Shown here: in pieces, positions 56,083 through 64,000 of the stretch
How the letters are laid out: every line of letters starts with the position of its first letter
Position numbering within the stretch: the stretch's first letter is position 1
Source of the DNA: Chrysomallon squamiferum
Taxonomy: Eukaryota; Animalia; Mollusca
Reading direction: 5' to 3'
Length of the DNA stretch: 64,000 nt
Assembly: GCA_012295275.1 (NCBI GenBank)
Contig: CM022673.1
Coordinates: 3,534,001-3,598,000 of the forward strand
Notes under the pieces: model-generated
The model's database searches: none
What the model saw: the letters and a program-made list of their open reading frames with translations, nothing else
What the model was told of the DNA's origin: nothing
Translations under genes and position numbers: made by a program

Positions 56083-56325
56083 GTAAAACTTTTTTTTTTT
56101 TTCTGATTTCTTGTTTATTTATTTATTTATTTATTTATATGTATCCGAGGTAGTTTCTGTTTTATTCACGGCTACAAAAATAAATAAATAAATAAATAAA
56201 TTATTTGTTCATTTAATGCTTGGAATATATATGGTTTTATGAGTTTTTTATTTCAAGTTATTAGTTTTATTTATTTATCTTTTTCTTTTTGTTTTCATTT
56301 TTCTTTTTCTTTTTTTTTTTTTTTT

Positions 56326-56357
<32 letters not shown>

Positions 56358-56687
56358 TTTTTTTTGTTTTTTCGAAACTAATTTTCCTTTTTTTTAACTT
56401 CAATGGGGTTGGTTCTTTTTGCGCTTTGGGTGGTTTGACTGGAGTCTTTTTTTTGTTGTTAGTTTTGGGGGTTTGTTTATGTTGTTGTTGTTGTTTTGGT
56501 TTTATTTTTTATTTTTATTTTTTTCTGGGGGTATAGAGTATTAAATACTGACATATTTTCGTTTTGATTTTTCTTTGGCATTGGTTCTTATCTTTTTCTT
56601 TTTTATATTGGGGGGTTTTGTTGTTTAATTTTATTATTATTTTTTTTTTTTTTTTGTTTTTTTTGTCACAGTGAAAGAGACAGAGAC

Positions 56688-56724
<37 letters not shown>

Positions 56725-56811
56725 GAGAGAGAGAGAGAGAGATAGTGTCGTAATATTACACACAACACGCACGTACCAATATAAACACAAATATACACAA
56801 ACGCATATATG

Positions 56812-56929
<118 letters not shown>

Positions 56930-57107
56930 GCACACACGCACACATCTACAAACATATATAAATCCATGCAGTGCTTTCCTACTACTCCTCTTATAGCATT
57001 GATGTAGTTTTAAATTACCAAGATAGCTTATTTATTTATTTTTCTTGTTTGTTTGCGTGTATGGTGGTCTGTATGTATGATGGTTTTATTTTGTTTCTTT
57101 ATTTCAG

Positions 57108-57301
57108 CTGGTTTTATCGGACGTTTTCTAACATCGCTATATAATTTCTGTCGAAAAATATTCCTGAAGCTGAGACCTCAGAATAATAAAATCACAGCTA
57201 AAAAGCATCGTGGAAACTATTCGACGGACGAAAATGCTCGAAAAAGTAAACCTAGAAAAAAAAGATCTAATATAACGAACCGGAATTCGCGAAAACAATA
57301 A
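57108..57301 (+). CDS. Unrecognised small membrane protein, exon 4 (terminal)
   Basis: tttatttcag acceptor; AGFIGRFLTSLYNFCRKIFLKLRP...KSKPRKKRSNITNRNSRKQ stop; AATAAA at 57297 and 57328. Confidence 0.65.
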
Positions 57302-58510
57302 ACATTAAATCACTGGCAGAAAAAAGGAATAAAACTAAAATAATAATATGAAATTAAAAAAAATATATATATAAAATAATAAAAATGTCAGAAAAAAAAT
57401 AAGTATATATATTGTTAAAAAAAAATAAAAAATAAAAAAATACAAAAATGTCAGAATAAAAGAAAGAAAAATCATATTCGAATTAATGTAAATTTAAGAC
57501 CTATTAAAGGCAATAAAAAAAAATATTAAAAAATTATTGCTGAAATATTATATATGGGTATTTGCACAACAATCTTTAAAAATAAATATATGAATATATT
57601 TAAATATTAGAAAATGTAAAGAGAAAGAACTCTATATTAATATGTGTTGAATAAACCGATGTGCCTTCTGAATCTGGTTATTACTTTTTCTTTTCATATT
57701 TTCTTTATTTTCATTTAGTAATAATAATTACTTCTAGTAGTAATAATGGTAGTAACAGAATTAGCAGTAGTAATGTTAGCGGTTGTAATAGTAGTAGTAG
57801 CAGTAATGGTGATTGTAATGGCGGCGGTAGTTTTAATAGTAATAATAGTAGTAGTAATGGTCATAGTAGTAATAGTTGTTGTTGTAACAGTTCTAATAGT
57901 GATTTTGCTAGTACTTGTAGCAGCAATAGTAACAGAAGTAATAATCATAGTCATAGTTGAAATAGTAGTAGTGATAGTAACTAGTAGTAGTAATAGGAAA
58001 GACAATAGAAGTAATAGTAACAGTAGTAGCAAGACGAAGAGTAGTCATAATAACGTAGTAGTAATGGTAGCTGTAGTAGTTGTTGATGATGCATACTGGG
58101 TTTCTCGATGTTTAGATTAAAACATGAATATATATATTTCTTATTTAATTGTATTTTAATTTATTCTTAATCTTCTTTTCATTATTTTTTTTTCCCCCTT
58201 AATATTAAAAATCACAACACTTTTCATGAAAACACATCCGTTCATCCCTTAATACACATTCTTAATAGGTGAAGTACAAACACCGAAATTAACACAGTAA
58301 AGAGAGTGAAGGACATTAAACGACTACCTCGCATTCCAGGGACGTTCCGATAGTTAGCCTGGTTAAAACCAGACGCCAACCAAGGTTTTCATCGAGCAAG
58401 CATTTAAAATAGCTTGGTGGTTCTCAGGCTAGATGTTGACTGACACACCTGAATGGATGTCATTTCTCCAGGGGGAGGTAAACGAAACAGCGAAGGTGTC
58501 AAATGTTAAA

Positions 58511-58596
58511 ATGGCGGCCGATGTCTCCTGTGGGGGACGGCTACCTCCGGATTTTAATTACGGCGTGACTAGAGACGGACGGGTATTTTTCATTGA
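58511..58596 (+). CDS. PLEKHA7: PLEKHA5/7-like WW-WW-PH protein, coding exon 1
   Basis: MAADVSCGGRLPPDFNYGVTRDGRVFFID resembles the vertebrate PLEKHA5/7 N-terminus (YGxxRxGRVFFI); gtaagt donor, phase 2. Confidence 0.9.
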
Positions 58597-58768
58597 GTAA
58601 GTATGCACTTCTGTCACACAAACCGTTGATTATTTTGCATTGGTGTAACTTCGCAGGTGCGAAAAAAATCACAGGTAACTCACTCAGGTGAGTTAACTTG
58701 TTCAACTTGTTTGTTGTTGTTTTGACATTTTTACTTTTATATTTTTGTTCTCTTTTTGAATTTTGCAG

Positions 58769-58845
58769 TGAACGACACAAGGACACGACGTGGCTTCATC
58801 CTCTGAACGGTCGTCCCGTTCAAACTGGATTTTTCAGCGATCCAG
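58769..58845 (+). CDS. PLEKHA7: PLEKHA5/7-like, coding exon 2 (end of WW1)
   Basis: ERHKDTTWLHPLNGRPVQTGFFSDP (TTWLHP motif); ttgcag acceptor, gtaga donor; phase 2 to 1. Confidence 0.92.
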
Positions 58846-60314
58846 GTAGAGTTCTTAACTTTTTTTTAAATTATTTTTTAAATACTCGAGTATGTTTTTA
58901 GTGACTTTAGTGCCCTTTATTAAAGTTCATACCGACAATCAAAATGGGTGATAGTTAATGTACTTTTAAAAGCCTGTCAGTTAGCTTAATTAAGTAAACA
59001 TCATTTAAACTCAGAAACGGACACTGTTTTAAGTATATTTAATAATATTATCATACATTTATTACTGTTAAGTCTAGCTAAAGAGAAAAATTAATTTTAA
59101 ATTCCTCACTGAACTGTTCATGATCTTGAAGAACCAAAGTTACATAGTAAAGCAACAGGTTTGACAACACAGAAAGCAAAAGTTCTGGCCTAAATATATC
59201 CTGTCTAGCTCTATCTGTCTGTATACGTATATATATATATATATATATATATATTTGCATGTATATATATGTGTGTCTTTTGTATGTCACTATTTGTGAG
59301 TGTGTGTGTATGTATATATGTAGATAGGTAGGTTGGTAGGTATGCATTTATAGATGTATGTATGTATATATATATATATATTTATGTATGCATTTATTTA
59401 TTTATATATATATATATATATACATATACATTTTAATATTTTTTAATATATATATGTAATGTATGTATACTTCTGATTAAGAGACCAGACTTTGCTAACA
59501 ACAAAGTCTGGCATTACTGTAATGTCTGCTGTGTTTGATGTCAATTTAATTTCTTGTTCATGTGCTCTTGATAACATACATGTCTTCCACAGAAGTTTAG
59601 AAAGCAAAGTAAAAGTATGATAACTTTGTCAACAATATGCTCTCTCTGTTTTTACCTTCAACATGAATCAATGTATTTATTATTTATAAATACTTCTTTA
59701 ATTTACATTCAAAAATATACATTACTTATTTGTATGAATATGTGTTAATGCTATCAGCTTGATACTTTTTTTGCATTCATGGCATTGTCCTGAGACTTTT
59801 TATCTCATTAACTGTCATTTTCGTAAATAAACCAGACTGTTTACATTAAACACAACCTTGCCATTAGTGCCATACCTCAGCACAAACACTGTTTCCTAAC
59901 CTTTCACATCTGTTGAGATATACATGCACCCATTCTAGCAGTCTCAGTGGTGTAATCACTGTGTTTGGCGTGTGTTTGTTATTCCACCATCATTATCAGC
60001 AGCATCGCAGATACCAAAGGGCTTGAGTGTTAACAGAGATACATTTTATCTGTTTAACATTATTAAAGCTTTCCTGCTAATTAGAAATATATTTATTTGA
60101 TTGTGGCAAATAGTTACTGACTTTTTTCATTGTACATATAAATAATATTGTTTTTATGCATTTGTTTAGATTTTGATATATATCCAGATTTGTTGTCTTC
60201 ACTGAAAACTGTTTATTAATTTTGCAATTAATCACAGACAACTGGTATTAGAATCTAAAAGAAAACTTCAGGTCTGAATAGTGTAAAAATATGAGTGTTT
60301 CTGTTTGAATGTGT

Positions 60315-60361
<47 letters not shown>

Positions 60362-61657
60362 CGTGTCTCTCCGTCAGTATAGGTGTATCCATAGATGAAT
60401 GTGCATTTATACACATGCATGTCTATTTGTACCTTCAAATTAATAATGTATGTATACAAATTAATTACTTATATGTACAGTCAAACAAAAATATGAATTA
60501 GTATGAAATTATGACCATTCTGAATATTTATGTCTCACTTTTTGTGGTAACTGAATGTGTTTCAGAGGCTATCATCTTTGATAACACGCATCTGTTTAAT
60601 TTAGGCCCTTTTCTATAAGCTGCAGTGCTGCTAATAATACTGGTGGAATTACAAACATATACAAGTGTACACTAAACACCTTCACTTTACAATTAATGAA
60701 CATTTCTCTTTCTTTTTGCCCTAAAGTAAATTTATTTAATAATTATCATTTATTTCCGTCTGTGTAGCTGTCCAAATGTTAAGTCATGGATGAAAAGAAT
60801 TGTGTAAATGTTTATGTAAAAATAATTATGTTTTCCTTGTCTTCTATTGTTCATGGCTAATCTTGTGTTTTCTGCTCATGGCTGTTTTTATTTTTTTCAT
60901 TCTGTCTTGGGGCTTTTTTCACACAAAAAAAGAAATAATAGACCTGTACTCTATCTATCTGTACATTTGTTTGTGTGCAGCATTTAAATGCACCAACTTG
61001 AACATTTGCTGTGTCAACACTGAAAGGGAGAATTTATTTTTTTGCATTCCTGACAGGAAGGAAAAAAAAGTAATGTGAACTGGTTTACTGTAAATTGTGT
61101 AATTCTTAGAAAATATGTTTCAGTGTTTGTTGTGTACTTGTACATGTGTACAGCAACATTTAAATACGTCTTTTCTTTCTTTTCCATTGTCTACATCTCA
61201 TGTCCTGTCTCCCTTCCTCACATATCCCCTTTCTGTCTGTCTCTGTTAATATATGTGTCTTGCTCTGACTTCCTCTCTCTCTCTCTCTCTCTCTAATATA
61301 CATACATAAAAATACAGATACCTAAAACAAATAGTTAAAAAAGAAAAAAGATTTAAATATATACAGATAAATATTGATGAAAATAATACTGAAATAGGTA
61401 TAGCAGCTAAAATATGCTTCAAAATAAGACTTGTGACACCTTTAATTTTTTAATTCAAATTAAATATTTGTTCTATTATTATTAAAATCAGGTTAGATCA
61501 AGTTAAAAAGAGAAAAAATACTTTATTATTAATATTTCTCTAAAAAACAAAATTTGACAAATTTTCATATATTTGTGTGTATATATGGTTATAACGTATC
61601 TTTAAAATAATATATGATTGTGAACAATGATAACCATGGCAACTATTTTGTTTCCAG

Positions 61658-61715
61658 GGTTACCTGATGGCTGGGAACAAGGTGTTACTCAAGAAGGATC
61701 TCTCTATTACATTGA
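61658..61715 (+). CDS. PLEKHA7: PLEKHA5/7-like, coding exon 3 (start of WW2); gene continues beyond the window
   Basis: GLPDGWEQGVTQEGSLYYI; ttccag acceptor, gtaagt donor; phase 1 to 2. Confidence 0.92.
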
Positions 61716-62544
61716 GTAAGTAATTTAAATCTAATTCCAAATCCTCAGTTTTTTTTATTGGCTGATAATAGAGTATTATGTAAAAGACTGGTCTCTATTT
61801 AACCAGCAATGTAGAATCACAAATTTCTAGCAGCCTAGATTTTTATTTAAAATAAATAAAATGATCTTCAGAAATGAAGTTTAGTCGATATCCATGTATT
61901 CGTGTATATGTTCATGTGTGTGTGTGTGTGAATGCATATGTGCATACATATTTATGTTTGTATGTGTGTTCAGGTATGTATGTATGTATAAATGTGTGTG
62001 TATATATATATATATATATACATATAACAGTGTGTAAATTTACATTCATATACCTAGAGTCATCATAAATTAATAATACAGTTTTTAAATTTTCATAACA
62101 ACTTTTCTGTACGCAGCAAAATATGTCTGTGTAGAAAGCAGGTGAAGGAGTTTTACCCCATTCCGTTTAAATTTATTAAAACCTAGGTTCCACATCCACC
62201 TGCATTCAGCAGATTAGTTGTGCCCCTGACCTGTCAGAATGTTCAGAAATCTGTTTAATTCAATCCCTCCATCATCACAGCCACTGTGACTAATCTGACT
62301 TCAACATGATTAGCTTGTGAAATATTTATGAATTAAGCGTTCAGAGATTAATCATTATCTCTGGTGTTATAACCTGATCAGCTGGTTGCCTTGTTTGGTT
62401 ATGTGTGGGAAGACAAATTCCCATTCTTTCCAGTATGTTTTTTTTTTTATTAGTGGTTATTTAATAGTTCAACAATGTATGAGGGATGTGTGTAGGTGTG
62501 TGTGTGTGTGTGTGTGTGAGACTTAATGAATGAAGTTTTTGTGT

Positions 62545-62770
62545 GTAAGTAATTTGATATATTTTGTGTTTGCATATTAAGTAATTTGATATAGTTTATA
62601 TGTATGTAAATAAATTGATGTTATTTGTGTTTGCATATTAAGTAATTTGATATAGTTTATATGTATGTAAATAAATTAATGTTGTTTGTGTTTGCATATT
62701 AAGTAATTTGATATAGTTTATATGTATGTAAATAAATTGATGTTTGTGTTTGCATGTTAAGTAATTTGCT
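62545..62770. repeat. About 61-bp tandem repeat, 3+ copies (PLEKHA intron)
   Basis: Unit gtaatttgatatagtttatatgtatgtaaataaattgatgttatttgtgtttgcatattaa. Confidence 0.88.
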
Positions 62771-63614
62771 TTGGTGGGTGAAAGTATAGAACTTTGTAGG
62801 TGCAAATGTATAGTTTGTGTGAAGGAAAGTTATGTTTCAGTTATGTTAACATATTTTTTAAAAATTAATAATAAATACATTAAACTATTCAGCTAAATTA
62901 GTCATATGTAAATTTGAAATGTAACAGAGTGTCCTGTTTTACAAATGAAAAACTAAATAGTGTAGATCGATCCTTTGATATATTTATATGGATTTTGATA
63001 ATCATCTGTATGTCTGATGTAAAAATGATAACATTGTCATCTTTGGAAACTGATTAGATAAACTGCAACCTAGTTCTGCAAAAGTACACACACATGCACA
63101 CTGGCTTATTTCATTAAAGTGCACTGTGCAACAAAAGCTAATACATTTAGTGAAATAAATATTAAATTTATGTTTGTAAGAAATACCTGTATTTGCACAC
63201 CTGTTGACTTTTGCCATTAATCTTATTGATTAACCTGTCAGGTAGGTTTAAATGACACTGATGTTATGTTGCTGATGCTGACAGTAGATTGATAATATGG
63301 TGGGTTATATCAGAGTTGGTGGTAACATGACGAATGGATGAATAGCTTTGTGAATGAGTTTTGTGTTTAGCAAAACTTCAGTATGTTTTATTATTAATAC
63401 TAGTTAAATTTGTTTTTTTAATTTATCGTAAAATAATAACATTGTCATCTGTGAAGAATGATTAGTAGAGCTGCAACCTCAGTATTCCAGTAAACACAAA
63501 AATGTGTACCTGATGACCTCTGTTGTCTAATTATGATATTTGGCGGGGTTAAACATTCCTGATTATGACACACTTTGAACTGACTGTTCATCTCTTCATA
63601 CACAGGAAATATAA

Positions 63615-63710
63615 AAGACACTTGCTGTTGTTTGAAAAAGACCCTTGCTGTTATTTGAAAAAGACCCTTGCTGTTATTTGAAAAAGACCCATGCTGTTAT
63701 TTGAAAAAGA
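63615..63710. repeat. 23-bp tandem repeat, 4 copies
   Basis: Unit cccttgctgttatttgaaaaaga. Confidence 0.9.
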
Positions 63711-63960
63711 ACATAGCTCATTGTGTGGCAGGCAGTATTAGTTTCCTGTCTGTTTTTAGTCCTTAATCACATGCATAGTGCTGAATAACAATAGAATAAA
63801 CATAGAGATATTATGCAGAACACAGATACAGCCATACATTGATCAAAACGTGCACATATGTACATAAACAAACACACACAAATACACATTAATACACAAA
63901 CACCCATAGATGCACAAAAAAAACCATTTACACAAAATGTAAATGCATAAATTCACACAT

Positions 63961-63996
<36 letters not shown>

Positions 63997-64000
63997 ACAC

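Overview
AT-rich, microsatellite-dense animal genomic DNA; the repeat landscape and gene families suggest a mollusc, probably an octopod cephalopod (inference). Almost all ORFs in the supplied track are microsatellite artefacts. Reading splice sites by hand gives four intron-containing genes with phase-consistent GT-AG exon chains. (1) A mitochondrial-clan cytochrome P450 on the minus strand, 8 coding exons from 10986 to 362, with the last exon outside the window. (2) A complete 11-exon CAP/CRISP gene on the minus strand (53908 to 46476, 360 aa) with signal peptide, CAP, EGF-like and ShKT-like domains and a GPI-signal-like tail. (3) A 4-exon small membrane-protein gene on the plus strand (about 54472-57301) that I cannot assign to a family, head-to-head with the CAP gene. 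(4) The first three coding exons (two WW domains) of a PLEKHA5/7-like gene on the plus strand from 58511. The 12-46 kb interval has no secure coding gene but holds candidate promoters and first exons, MITEs, minisatellites and a dispersed inverted duplication. All gene models come from manual reading without database or expression support.
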